A DNA stretch of 63,424 bases, the filler included, from Octopus bimaculoides (Eukaryota), in NCBI RefSeq assembly GCF_001194135.2. It is 7 parts of 6 records of this genome, joined end to end, with 100 filler letters (N's around TTAATTAATTAA, not from the genome) between each part and the next. Parts side by side here need not be neighbours in the genome. Positions count along the whole stretch, not along the records: positions 42,966 to 54,314 come from NC_068985.1; positions 54,415 to 57,881 come from NC_068984.1; positions 57,982 to 59,957 come from NC_068985.1; positions 60,058 to 61,223 come from NW_026318459.1; positions 61,324 to 63,424 come from NW_026433149.1; 2 more parts are not named here. One strand, given 5' to 3'. Position numbers and translations under genes: made by a program. The notes beneath the pieces were generated by a model. It was not told the origin of the DNA, did not search any database, and was given only the letters and a program-made list of their open reading frames with translations. Below, piece after piece: positions 50,451 to 63,424 of this stretch; position 1 is the stretch's first letter; each line of letters opens with the position of its first letter.

Positions 50451-51086
50451 CATCAGACAATTGACTATTAAATATGTATGATATATATGTTCTTTTATTC
50501 ATTTAGTATTTTATTGGCAGCAAACCACATAGTTTCCAAGCACACTTTTTAACCGTATAGTTATGATTTCGTCTATATCAATGGTATGCTGTTTTTGGTG
50601 GGGTAGGGAGGGATCTTTTAGAATCCATAGCGAGGCAGCTACAATATTTCGTTCACTGGGACTGTCCAGCTATTTAAATATCTCTCTGCTATGAAAATAA
50701 GGATTTAACACAGCGCATTTAAAACTTTACCGAATTGTCGTGCCGTTGTACAATACTACTATAGATAGATTATGCCTCCGATTTCATTTCATAGTTAAGA
50801 CTATTAACTTCTTGAAGTAAAGTGAAAAATAACAAGTAACATTTTTCAAGAAAGAAGAGTGACAAGTGAGCAACGAAGAATATAGCTTTCAAAAATTGTT
50901 TTCCTTTTTCTTAAAACTGCACTTTCAATATAACCTCTGTGAACTTTAATACCATCTCAAGAATCAAATATTTTAGGGAAAAAAAGATACAATTTCGAAA
51001 GAAATTATGTATTTCATAGTTCCCTTTAAATTTCCATCCGTCTTACAGTTTTTCAAATAACCGGGATATATCTACGAGGACTGCTA

Positions 51087-51089
51087 GTA

Positions 51090-51140
<51 letters not shown>

Positions 51141-51358
51141 GTTCAGTAGTTTTATTTTTATAACGTGCTTTCACTTCACTACCGAGCGCAGCTCTGTGCG
51201 CCTTGGGTATGTGCTGTGGTTTGCTGTGGTGCTCTTATGTTTACTGTATTGAAAGTGTTTTGCGTAGAATGTGTGCAGTACCCAGTAGTGCAATTTTCTG
51301 TATGTTATATATATTTGTAAGTTCTGGTGTTTTTGTTATGTATTTGTCTGAATATTTT
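51087..51358 (-). mobile_element. R4/Dong LINE extreme 3' end with (AAT)n tail
   Basis: Minus-strand NIQKIALLGTAHILRKTLSIQ*, short UTR, then about 17 AAT units. Confidence 0.9.
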
Positions 51359-52168
51359 NNNNNNNNNNNNNNNNNNNNNNNNNNNNNNNNNNNNNNNNNN
51401 NNNNNNNNNNNNNNNNNNNNNNNNNNNNNNNNNNNNNNNNNNNNNNNNNNNNNNNNNNNNNNNNNNNNNNNNNNNNNNNNNNNNNNNNNNNNNNNNNNNN
51501 NNNNNNNNNNNNNNNNNNNNNNNNNNNNNNNNNNNNNNNNNNNNNNNNNNNNNNNNNNNNNNNNNNNNNNNNNNNNNNNNNNNNNNNNNNNNNNNNNNNN
51601 NNNNNNNNNNNNNNNNNNNNNNNNNNNNNNNNNNNNNNNNNNNNNNNNNNNNNNNNNNNNNNNNNNNNNNNNNNNNNNNNNNNNNNNNNNNNNNNNNNNN
51701 NNNNNNNNNNNNNNNNNNNNNNNNNNNNNNNNNNNNNNNNNNNNNNNNNNNNNNNNNNNNNNNNNNNNNNNNNNNNNNNNNNNNNNNNNNNNNNNNNNNN
51801 NNNNNNNNNNNNNNNNNNNNNNNNNNNNNNNNNNNNNNNNNNNNNNNNNNNNNNNNNNNNNNNNNNNNNNNNNNNNNNNNNNNNNNNNNNNNNNNNNNNN
51901 NNNNNNNNNNNNNNNNNNNNNNNNNNNNNNNNNNNNNNNNNNNNNNNNNNNNNNNNNNNNNNNNNNNNNNNNNNNNNNNNNNNNNNNNNNNNNNNNNNNN
52001 NNNNNNNNNNNNNNNNNNNNNNNNNNNNNNNNNNNNNNNNNNNNNNNNNNNNNNNNNNNNNNNNNNNNNNNAGGTCCCAGCTCTGTCGTGTCTGTGAATA
52101 TATTCCTTCTTAGCCAGGACTGGGCAGCCAGAGATAATATGATTTATTGTTTCTTGTCCATCTCCACA

Positions 52169-52169
<1 letters not shown>

Positions 52170-52214
<45 letters not shown>

Positions 52215-52677
52215 GAGTGAGAGAGCAGGGCATGCCATCAAAGTGACATTGGGGTTAAATATACGAAGCCCAGTATACCCATCATGACTACCCGTCTGAT
52301 AGTGGTACACCAGGCACATGCATCACAACCATATGTGCGCGATATAGTGGTCTCATATCAAGATCAACAGCGCATGACCTTGCAGGTGGGGCCCAGTTAG
52401 AATTTTCTTCAGGTCGAGTAGCCCATCCCGCTCAAAAGATCTTTGAATAAAGGTTGTTTGAGGATGTCAAACGAAATACCCATGTTTCCAAAGGTGAATT
52501 ATCCAAACCCCAAAGAATTCCTCTCAACACATGGCTATGATGCTCCCCCACTACTTCTGCTCGTGATCAGAGATGCACATATCGTCAGCCACTAAGGGAC
52601 ATGCTCAACTGGTTAAGATCAAGCAACTGACAAGCAAATCTGTGGTATTGAGCAGAATATTTGCTGTAGCCTATCTT
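52170..52677 (-). mobile_element. R4-associated 3' UTR-type repeat with (AAT)n tail
   Basis: Homologous to 49850-50215; ends CTCTCTCACTC(AAT)n. R4 link inferred from the tail type and context. Confidence 0.65.
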
Positions 52678-52759
52678 NNNNNNNNNNNNNNNNNNNNNNN
52701 NNNNNNNNNNNNNNNAATTTGAAATCATTATTATTATTATTATTAAAAAAAGACTGATA

Positions 52760-53310
52760 AAGGCGGTGAGCTGGCAGAATCGTTAGCACGCTGGACGAAA
52801 TGCTTAGCGGTGTTTTGCCCGTCGCTACGTTCTGAGTTCAAATTCCGCCGAGGTCGACTTTGTCTTTCATCCTTTCGGAGTCGATCACTTAAGAACCAGT
52901 TGAGTACCACGGTCGATGTAATCGACTTAACCTCTTCCTTCAAATTTCAGGTCTTGTGCCTATAGTAGAGAAGATAATTAAAAGACTGATAGAATCATTA
53001 GCACGCCGGATAAGGAACTTAGCAGCATTTCGTCCGGTTTTACGTTCTAAGTTCAAACTCACCGAAGTAAACGACTGTTAATTCTTTCGGGGTCGATAAA
53101 AAAAGCACCAGTCTAGTACTGAAGTTGATGTAATCGACTAGCCACTCTCACACAAAATTTCAGGTTTTGTACCTACAGTAGAAAGAGTTGTTTTAAGAAT
53201 GGTTCACTGGTAGAATTGTCAGAGCAACTATCAAAATACCTTGCGTTATCTATTCCAGTTCTTTGCGCTTCCTACCGAAGTAAACTTTTATTCTTCGGGG
53301 TCGATACGAG
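52760..53310 (+). mobile_element. Three head-to-tail SINE family B copies of increasing divergence
   Basis: Units at about 52760, 52990 and 53200; AAAAGACTGATA at 52748-52759 and 52980-52991 flanks the best-preserved unit. Confidence 0.8.
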
Positions 53311-54414
53311 GTGCAAATAATTCCCAGCATAGAGTAATGCACACGTTTTTGTTATTTCTGAAGAAAGTAGTTGGCTTCATTGATAAACTTTTACTTATTG
53401 ATCATTTTCAATATTTGCTCTATTATCATATTTGTTCTGCTTGTATTCTTCCCCTTTTATTTTAATGGACTCTGGTCTTCAGAATCCGGTCACTCCACTC
53501 AATCTCTACTCAAACCCAACTTTGAAAATTCCAACTCAGCATTTCGACATTCTATAGTAAATTTCTCCTCCTAATTAAAGAAAATTCAGAATTGGCTACT
53601 TCCTAATTTTATTTAATTATGTCGCTTACAAAAAATATTTGATGGAAATGTTCTTCACCAAATGTTTCATAACCTTGAAATTATTTAAATTTACTTTTAA
53701 ACTTTCAATAAACAAAATGTTTCAAGTATTTGAGCGGTTGTTAAACAATTTAATTTTTATGAGACTTTGCTGACTTTTACTTATCCGAGATGTGAAAAGA
53801 AAGAGACAATCTGATAATCTTTTCAGTTTTCTGCGATAATATAACAAAGTAAAAGGTCAGAACTGCTGATCTCTTTTTTAAATTGGTGTTAATCGTTTGA
53901 CGAGTGAAAATGGTGGGGACTCATCCGACATATTTCGGCAATTACATTTCCATTCGTCTCCAAACAACAGGCATTTTCATTTGACATCTGAATAAAATAT
54001 ACCAGTTGAATTTGAGTTCTTTAGTGGTCACAAATAACGAATGTCGTAGAGAAAGAAAATTTTCAGTTGAACCGACCCCGCAAGGCGATTTCAATATCCA
54101 TGTGTCATTGCTTCATTTACGATTGTTATTTTCAATGGGAAAGGGACATAAATATCGCGTTTCCTATTTTCTGCCTTCTTTATATTACTTCTGAGTAAGA
54201 AAAGTAAACAGTCGACTCTGTTTATCACAGTTACCGCAGGTAAAAGAAGTGTAACGTAGGCTCGGGTGAAATTCCTCTCTCTCATTTATTTTATATATAT
54301 ATATATATATATATNNNNNNNNNNNNNNNNNNNNNNNNNNNNNNNNNNNNNNNNNNNNTTAATTAATTAANNNNNNNNNNNNNNNNNNNNNNNNNNNNNN
54401 NNNNNNNNNNNNNN

Positions 54415-54474
<60 letters not shown>

Positions 54475-54728
54475 TACAGTCTAGTCCCAGTTCATGTATT
54501 TGTGTATGATGTTGATCTTAGTGTTTATAGTTTTAATGAAGTGTGCAAAGTTCTGATAGTTTGTACGACATGCTTTCCGTTAGCCGTTTCCTTGTCTGTG
54601 TTGTCTATCATTCTATTTGCCAAAACTCCCGTCTATTAGGTATACAAATCTGGCAGGTGATCAATCCATTTGCATCAATACTGGCACTGGATCTGTCTCC
54701 CTCCTTCCCTCCCCATCTCTCTCTCTCC

Positions 54729-54777
<49 letters not shown>

Positions 54778-54896
54778 CATGTATAAATAAATATGTATAT
54801 ATGTACACACAAATACGTGTGTGTAGAGTGGGTGAGTATTCGACAGCTGCTACTTTTTTTGCCACCTACAAATTTACACAAATTTATTCGCGCGCG

Positions 54897-54937
<41 letters not shown>

Positions 54938-55109
54938 ACACACACTACTGGAAATCGGTCAAAATTTGCCATTTGTCGATACAGATCATCGGATTCTGTT
55001 TCACTGTGATATTCATATCAATATTATCTATTCAAAGAAAGTTGTTTTTAGCCCGAAGTCGACCATTTACCAAATGCATTTCAATCATAACCAACTCATC
55101 TTTTTATTC

Positions 55110-55326
55110 TGTAATTTTATTCAGCTGAATACACGTCATTGAGTGATTGAAATTACCGAGATACGACAACTTTAACACGAAATATCTTTGAAAATATAAA
55201 CTTTTCTCAACAGCACTAAGAGTAAAAAATGTTTTATAAGACACATTCTACCAGTGTTCGAAGTTTGAAAGTGTTTAGTTACAAAAAAATAATTTTTCGA
55301 TGTGTCGTTCAAAGGGTAAAAATCCG
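55110..55326. mobile_element. Solo right arm of the GGATC foldback family
   Basis: Matches 31930-32138 (GTAATTTTATTCAGCTGAATA..GAAAGTGTTTAGTTACAAAA). Confidence 0.8.
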
Positions 55327-57573
55327 AAATATATATATTTTCATTTTTTTTCTTTTAAATTATAATTGATGTAATAATATTGTTATAAAAATGAAAATCA
55401 TTGCATGCTAGAGTAGTGTGTAGAAATAGCAAAGAAGGGAATCTAAGTTTAAAGATATGGGGTGGGGGAACGGTGATATATATACTATAAGATGATATAT
55501 ATACTATAATTTGATATATATACTTATATACTATAAGACCGGTGATAGTAGAGTATGAATGCTGTAGATTTCGAGTAAAAGTGGTGTTTAAACTATACAA
55601 TAAAAGCAACATTCTTTGAAATCTATTAAAACTGGAATTTTAATGATTTTATTTTTTATAATTTTAAACTGAATCAAAATGTTATTTCAGTTTTGGTTAC
55701 ATACATAAATATACTTACCACATAATCATTATATTTTACTCGACAATACTCAATAACGATACACAACAACAAAAATGTTAACAGTACACATGATAACGAG
55801 AAATGCCTTCCATTGTTAATTTATTCTTCTGCTCTATTTCTATATTACTCTTCAAACATTACTTACCAAAGTTATTCGCAACTCCTTTGGCTGTCAAAAA
55901 TCTCGTTGTTAATTATCCCCAAAAATGTATATATTTTTTTTCTTGACTTGGCTGATTATTTACTTTCCCTAGTGTCTTAAAGTAAACAGGTATGTTTAAT
56001 TAGTAAATCGTAATTAAAAGTAAACAGTTATCAGTTACTCAAATTATTACGCACTTTTCCATGAACCAACGAAGCGATCATGTGTATGGTCAGTGCAGAT
56101 GCTAAATATAGCAGTCAAGTCTCCCTCATGTAACTCTACAGTCTTAATGAAAAATACGTATTCTGTAACGTAGTCTTAGATACATTGTCTGGATACAAAG
56201 AGGAGCGCGTCATGCCTTTTTATCGCATATCTATTTGATCAGGACTTCTCTGGGGTTAAACAGCAACACTTTTTAAAAGAGCCAATGAAAGAAACATCTA
56301 CACAGTCATTTGACCAACGAGAAATAGCAGCCAGATCTCGATCTGAATACATAAAAAAATGAGAGATGAAGGCTGGAACATCCTAAACCATCGGTTTGTT
56401 CGATCAGAGATAACTCGAGCAGCTACAAGAAGAAGAGGAAGAAAAAGAGTAGAAACGGCAGAATACTTATTTGTGGAAGAAGTCTGTAAAATTCAATGAA
56501 TCTTTGGGTTTCTGAAAGTATTCTATCGCGCTATGAATGCAGAATGGTTAAGATGTTTGCTTCCGCAATCACGAGTTCCTGAGTTCGATAACGCAACGTA
56601 GTATCCTAGCCATTTTTTTTTTACCAAAGTCTGAGGATGATCGCAGCCTTACGAGTGAAATTAGGTCGATGGAAACTGTATGGAAGACTGGCGGATTGGT
56701 TCTATCTGTACTTGAAAGGTCTGGGCTTGTCACACTGGTACCTATCGAGAATTAAGTTAAAGGAGGATGTGTATATGGAATGTTAAACCACTTATAGGAA
56801 ATTTAATGAGTAGGAAGTTGAGTTGATCGAAGGACTGAATAGTCAGCATGGAAACCGACGGAACTCCATTATTCATCGAAATACTGGAATCTTTCCACTG
56901 ACTGCAAAACTCCTCTGGAATTTGTTGATTTATGACTTAAAATGGAATTACTGAATATTCATTTAATCTGTAACAAAGAAAGTCAAATATTTCTCAAATT
57001 ATCAAACTATGAGTGTGAATTTATATCTCACCTTCAATTAGTTTGTAGCAAATAGAAGCCACATTAACCTCAAATCATATTTTTTTATTAAAAAGGAAGT
57101 AAAACAAGACAATATGGTTCTAGATACAGCATGCATGACGGCAGAAGATGTGATGTTACCATTGGAACGTCTTTGATCACGAGTGTGCTCGATGAAGTCT
57201 GACTGTCGAGACAGTTTCACTGTAACTCCCTTCACACGATCAAATACTGTATAGTGGAGTATGTAATGTTGGCATTAGCTTAAATGAACCCAACTTGAGG
57301 CGTAAATACATCCACCCATTCATACATCTATTTATTTATTTATTCATTTATCTTTAACTCTTTTACTGGTTTCAGCTGGTCATATTGGAGAAGTTCTGTT
57401 TTCAAGGGTAAAGTTAATTATATCGATTCTGGTACTTGTAGAAAAACATAGGGACACCTACCGAATAGAAACTTAACAATAAATTGTTAAGCACACTTAT
57501 ACATACCTATATAAAACTTTAAATTGTTTCAGCTTCAAAGCTGAGGTCATGCTGGGGTACCACCGTTGAAAAA

Positions 57574-57607
<34 letters not shown>

Positions 57608-57881
57608 GTTGGAAGGGACTATGTTTCATGGCCTGTTTTAGGTCGACATGGGATTGGAAAATGCAATAGAAATGGAGTAGCTCTTTTGACGTTTTGTACT
57701 GAGAATGATCTGGTTGTCACCAACACTCTGTTTAAGCAGAAAAATAAATATAAAGCCACCTGGATGCACCCAAGATCTAAGCACTGGCATCTCATAGATT
57801 ATATTTTGATTAGGAAATGTGATATGAAAGACGTTTCTAGCGTTCGGGTCATGAGAGGGGCAGAGAGCTGGACTGACCATC
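57608..57881 (+). mobile_element. RTE-clade LINE AP-endonuclease segment, open frame, runs into a gap
   Basis: GRHGIGKCNRNGVALLTFCTENDLVVTNTLF..TWMHPRSKHWHLIDYILIR..WTDH. Confidence 0.92.
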
Positions 57882-58389
57882 NNNNNNNNNNNNNNNNNNN
57901 NNNNNNNNNNNNNNNNNNNNNNNNNTTAATTAATTAANNNNNNNNNNNNNNNNNNNNNNNNNNNNNNNNNNNNNNNNNNNNTAAGTGTATATATATGTAT
58001 GTGTGTATGTGTGTGCATTTGTGTATGCGTGTGCCTGTATATGTACATATGAATGCCAATATATGTAATTGCGTGTGTGGGAGTGCATGCTTGACAGAGC
58101 GTGTACCTTTTACATAACTCTATATGTATGCGAATGTGAAAAATGACTCAAAAAGCCTTTGGAAGTTCTCCCTACCTTGGTCATGATACAACATTACATC
58201 ACGTCGTCTTTCTCTTATGTCATCCTCACCCCGTTTACCCTTGCATCTCACTGATTTTGTTATGTCACTTGTATTACCCTCAGACTCCCGCTACATGTCG
58301 ACGCTCCCTTGAACACGACAATTCGAGTACAAAGGTGAGAAATTCAGGGTGGATAGAAGTGAGCGAAGCCAAGGATAATGTAAATTCTG

Positions 58390-58882
58390 TGGATTTGATG
58401 TTGTCTTGTTCTTAAGAAACTTCACCCAAAGAAACCAAGTTATTGAAGGAAAAAAAAATGGCGGAATTAACGTTGGCGGTGATAGCGGTGGGACTGTACT
58501 AATGCACGCGTATATTACAATAACAACAAAATCGATGATGGCGAAGATAACGGCAGCAGTAAACACAGCAAGAACAATAACGCCAATAGCACGAGTGACG
58601 GCGACATCAATAACGAAAGCAGCAAGAATGAAAGAACGACAAATAGTAAGAATAGCGACAACATCAACGGCAAAACAATGGCGAATTCTTACAACATAAC
58701 CGCCATTATTAACGTCTTCGTCTTCGCTGTTATTACGACGACGACGGCGGCCAATAACCACCTTCACTATCATTATTGTCCTCATACACATCGTCGTCGC
58801 CGCCGTTGCTGTGATGGTGGTGGTGGTGGTGGTCGTCGTTGATATCGTCATCGTCGCTGTGTCCATCGTTGTCATCATCACA

Positions 58883-58917
<35 letters not shown>

Positions 58918-58930
58918 CCTCATCATTTCA
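58390..58930. repeat. Decayed trinucleotide low-complexity tract (AAC/GAC/GTC/GGT)
   Basis: Visible triplet periodicity; ORFs here are Thr/Val/Met runs. Confidence 0.8.
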
Positions 58931-59224
58931 GTGGTTCTGGTTTCTGTATTTTGCCCCGTGCTTTTAGATGGTGATTTTAAGGAATTTAGCAGTTATTTCT
59001 TGCAAATTCAGAGACCATATACAAAAGTCCACTTGCTTGTGTTTTCAAATAGACGTGAACAAAATACTTTTCTACTCTAGGCACAAGGCCCGAAATATTT
59101 GGATAGGGGGCCAATATGTGTTTTCAAAATTCAAAACAGGGTTGAGTGAACGATCTATAATGAAATACTTCTATGGTAAGGAACAATAATAGCGGATCCA
59201 TATTCGCATAAATGCATGCATCTG

Positions 59225-59273
<49 letters not shown>

Positions 59274-59923
59274 TTTTTTGCCCCTACCGATCCCTTTTGA
59301 TCGGATTTTTTTTTTTTTTTAAAGAAAAGCTCTACAGTTGTATTTGTCCCCTCTGTGTGCAGCCCTGTGTGGCTAATAAAAGAAAGTTATCTATCTATCT
59401 ATCTAGTATATATGTATAAATTATATATCCATATATATATATATATATATCTAGTATATGCATGTATGTGTGCATGTGTGTATGTGCGTATATGAGTGTT
59501 AGAATATGTGTTCGTGTATGCTTGTATATATCGGAATGTGTGTATGTTAGTTTCAGTTTTTTTTACATGTTTTTTTATTTTTTAATATTATATTGATATT
59601 TCACACACGATTATATTATTACGTTGATTTTAAACAGGAAATAGGTAAAAAGGAAGTCATACGCAGAAATATATGTCGACGCTTATGTATGTATGTATGT
59701 ATGCATGTATGTATGTATATGTATATAGTTATATACGCGGAGGGGCACACGCGCTCAGGTGCGCACATACATTTCTATATTTGTATATCAGTATCGATAC
59801 TCGTAGATATTGAGCTAGGATAGGATAATTCAAAAATTCCACATCCATACATATTGGTACATTTATATTTATACATTACATGTCACGTATATTCACAAGC
59901 ACACACATACACACACACACAGA

Positions 59924-59957
<34 letters not shown>

Positions 59958-60589
59958 NNNNNNNNNNNNNNNNNNNNNNNNNNNNNNNNNNNNNNNNNNN
60001 NTTAATTAATTAANNNNNNNNNNNNNNNNNNNNNNNNNNNNNNNNNNNNNNNNNNNNTACCTCTGTTTTTTTTTGTTTTTTTTTTCTCTCCGTTCATTTC
60101 CGCAAGGCCGCCGTCAATCTTATGATATCTTCACACCAGGCCACGTTTCCACAAAGAGACTTTTCCCCTCTCTCCCTACCTATCTCACTCACTCACTCAC
60201 TACATGCTTCTTTCAGTTTCCGTCTACCAAATCCATTCACAAGGCTTTTATCAACCTGAGGCTATAGTAGAAGACATTTGCCCAAGGTGCCACGCGGTGG
60301 GACTACATGTATAAAATTCTAAATTCTAATCTCTGTTACATTGCCTGTTTTCCGATCTCAAAGCTCGTATATAATTATAAAACACACACATATGTATATA
60401 TTTATCTACACGTATGTACACACACACATGTTTATTCGGTAAGTTTTGAGGGAGGGGCAGCGCCCTTGATAAACTGCAGACGCTCCAAGACCGGTGAGCT
60501 TGTTGCCATTTATGCTGTAAATCAATGCTTGATGAAAAGACATGAGCCAGGAGGCGGAGGAGGAGAAGGAGATTCCTGAGGGATAATGT

Positions 60590-61145
60590 TATGGGAGAAG
60601 AACTGGGATAGTGGTTAGTGTGGGGACGGTGGCGGGAGTGGAGGAAATTGATGAAACAGGAGAGTCCAGAGGAGGAGGAGGAGGGCAGCTGAGTGAATCG
60701 AGGAGCTCCTGAACAACAACGGTTGTTGTGGAAGTGGTAGAATACAGAGAGGTGGGGACAGCACGTCTGGACCTGAAACTGGAGTGTGTCACCCATTAGT
60801 GATTAGATACCGATCAATTGAGTGGCTCTTCTCTGGATGAAATGCAGGATGTTTGTGAATGTCGCAGCAGTGCCATAGCAGATGTGAAAGGAGCAGGACT
60901 CCTCTCTAGGCCATATTTGGACCGTGGATATTCCAAGCGGTGTCTGTATCAGTCGCTACACGAATCTCTTCCTTTTTGATACTTAGGAAAGAGAGAGAGA
61001 GAGAGAGAGAAAGAGGGAATGAGACAGAGGCAGGGATGACACGACATTTGAAGTTCACTTATAAATGCACCGATTGAGTCCACTTGGTCAAAATGTGGAT
61101 GACTTGGCGAGAGTCACGCATTCCACGTATCGGCGTATAAAGATA
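60590..61145 (-). mobile_element. Decayed LINE RT C-terminal fragment (CR1/L2/Jockey-group type)
   Basis: Across frameshifts: YADT, VQIWPREESCSFHICYG, FIQRRATQLIG, RRAV, LSVFYHFHNNRCCS; resembles QIRPxLEYCSHIW..IQRRA..HRRxV..LSxFY. Confidence 0.7.
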
Positions 61146-61185
61146 TAACAAGGATAAAACTACACACAATATCAAGGAGCACTCG

Positions 61186-61223
<38 letters not shown>

Positions 61224-62176
61224 NNNNNNNNNNNNNNNNNNNNNNNNNNNNNNNNNNNNNNNNNNNNTTAATTAATTAANNNNNNNNNNNNNNNNNNNNN
61301 NNNNNNNNNNNNNNNNNNNNNNNAAAGGTGGTGCTCCAGCATGGCCGTAGTCAAATGACTGAAACGTGTAAAAGAGTAATATATAATAAGCATATATCTA
61401 TGTAATATATATCTATGAGATACATATATCTATATATGTATGCATGTATGTATGTATGTATGCATGTATGTATGTATGTATGTATATATGTATGTATGTA
61501 TGTATGCACGTATAGAGAGAGAGGGGGAGAGAGAGAGAGGGAGAAAGAGAGAGGAGGGAATACAGAAAATAATTTTTCAAACTAAAATGAGAAATGACAG
61601 ACTCGCACAAAATGGCTGGCTAAGCTTTCAAAGGAAACAGCAAGAAATTGATGAAAATATTAAATAATTAAAACTATTTGAACTGTGAACAGATGTTTTC
61701 CTTTAGTTTATTCTTTTTGAATGATTAAAAACTAATAATTTTAGCCTTAAGATGTATTTTACTTTCAACTCAACAAGGTTGTGCTTTTTATTTGGTTTCT
61801 TTGTTTTTGTTTGTTTGTGTTTTGTTTTTTCCCTTTTGTTTGTTTTTTCTTTCTTTGTTTTCTTTCGAAAGATGACAAAGTAAAAAGCGAATCTGCCATT
61901 TCAGAAGCGATTTATATTTTTAACACACACATGTACACAAAGAGAGAGACACATACATATACATATATAAATACATAATTATATATGCGCGCGTGTGTGT
62001 GTGTGTATGAGTGTGTGTGTGTATACATAAAATGTATGTATATACGCATGTATGTCTTTTATCTTTTACCTTTTACTTGTTTCAGTCATTAGACTGCGGC
62101 CATGCTAGAGCACGACCCTGAAATTTTAGTCGAATGACTATATAGTGTAGTTATATATACAAATATATATACATAC

Positions 62177-62217
<41 letters not shown>

Positions 62218-62543
62218 TANNNNNNNNNNNNNNNNNNNNNNNNNNNNNNNNNNNNNNNNNNNNNNNNNNNNNNNNNNNNNNNNNNNNNNNNNNNNNNNNN
62301 NNNNNNNNNNNNNNNNNNNNNNNNNNNNNNNNNNNNNNNNNNNNNNNNNNNNNNNNNNNNNNNNNNNNNNNNNNNNNNNNNNNNNNNNNNNNNNNNNNNN
62401 NNNNNNNNNNNNNNNNNNNNNNNNNNNNNNNNNNNNNNNNNNNNNNNNNNNNNNNNNNNNNNNNNNNNNNNNNNNNNNNNNNNNNNNNNNNNNNNNNNNN
62501 NNNNNNNNNNNNNNNNNNNNNNNNNNNNNNNNNNNNNNNNNNN

Positions 62544-62585
<42 letters not shown>

Positions 62586-62859
62586 AGTGTGCGTGTTTAT
62601 CTATCGATATGTGTGTATGTGTATATACGGAATATGGCCATTTAAAGACTAATTAGTTTAATAGGTGAGGGCAGAACAGAGAGAGGGGAAGAGAGGGTGA
62701 TGAAAGAGAATGAGAGGGGGAGACAGAAAGAGGCTGACAGACAGACGGACAGACAGTAAGAATGAGAAAGGATGAGAAAGCGAATGAAGGAACGAGGAAT
62801 GGAGGTATAATTTAACATCATATTTAATCTCTATTAGAAAGAAAACATCATTTGTAACA

Positions 62860-63100
62860 GCAACAACAACAACAACAACAACAACAGCAACAACAGCAAC
62901 GCTGTTTCCCAAAGATTTAATTGCTTGGAATATCGAATCCAGAAAAGAAAAATATAAAAACATAAACTCTGATTTAAGACAATTCTATGGCAACAAGTTG
63001 TCATTCTTCGACTTCACAAACTGGTCATGGCTAAATCATATAAACAAGCAAACCGTTTTCATCCATGTTGTGAGCAAGTCACTTGACATTTGGCAGTCCC
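62860..63100. repeat. (AAC)n tract plus a copy of an old dispersed repeat
   Basis: GATGGTCA(T/A)GGCTGGAA-type blocks recur near 4400, 8030, 11670, 37790, 56370 and 63020. Confidence 0.45.
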
Positions 63101-63424
63101 TTCTTTCTGTTATTTACACATGCTGAACAATCTGAAATATGGGCATGCTTACTAAAATGTGATGGACGAGTGCAGAATGAAATACTGAAATAGAGTTTCT
63201 TTAAAGAAATATAATACGTCAGTGTAAATATTTACTGGAAGAAACTAGTGTTGACCTGATAACAATGTTTTTCTCTTCCAGTCAGGATTAAATGTTATAA
63301 TCTAAGTTTAAATATATGTGTGTAAATATGTGCATTTGAATGCATATGCATTATAACTGTGCGCATGTGTAAGCACACGAATATACACACACTCATGACC
63401 ATAATATGCATATACGTATATTTA

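Noticed and set aside
58291-58926. 211-aa minus-strand ORF and similar poly-L/HT/YI ORFs (e.g. 49705-50019)
   Set aside because: Translations of simple repeats; no splice or domain evidence
60589-60796. GC-rich ORFs suggesting a host gene exon
   Set aside because: Combining the frames reconstructs a LINE RT C-terminus

Overview
Repeat-dense animal genomic scaffold with about 4 kb of N gaps. It is most likely an octopus/cephalopod assembly; this is inferred from the SINE/LINE repertoire and the 44N-TTAATTAATTAA-44N spacers. No protein-coding gene or true RNA gene can be supported. The window is a patchwork of tRNA-derived SINEs (called families A, B and E here), decayed RTE, R4/Dong and Penelope-like retroelements, one further LINE RT fragment, Tc1/mariner, hAT and Helitron-type remnants, palindromic MITEs and microsatellites. 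Best leads: (1) a short dispersed repeat carrying a minimal type I hammerhead ribozyme motif, with copies at 40.3 kb (-) and 32.7 kb (+) damaged at different positions; (2) a CpG-depleted to CpG-rich switch at about 24.8 kb, suggesting the left part is a methylated gene body; (3) an exact 71-bp templated insertion inside an old RTE; (4) a GGATC-ended foldback element carrying telomere-type repeats; (5) a four-copy hairpin/CCAAT repeat-spacer array; (6) R4/Dong elements stacked on (AAT)n tracts, tail-to-tail with SINE-B. Repeat boundaries are approximate and were read by eye. Family assignments come from motif recognition, not database searches.
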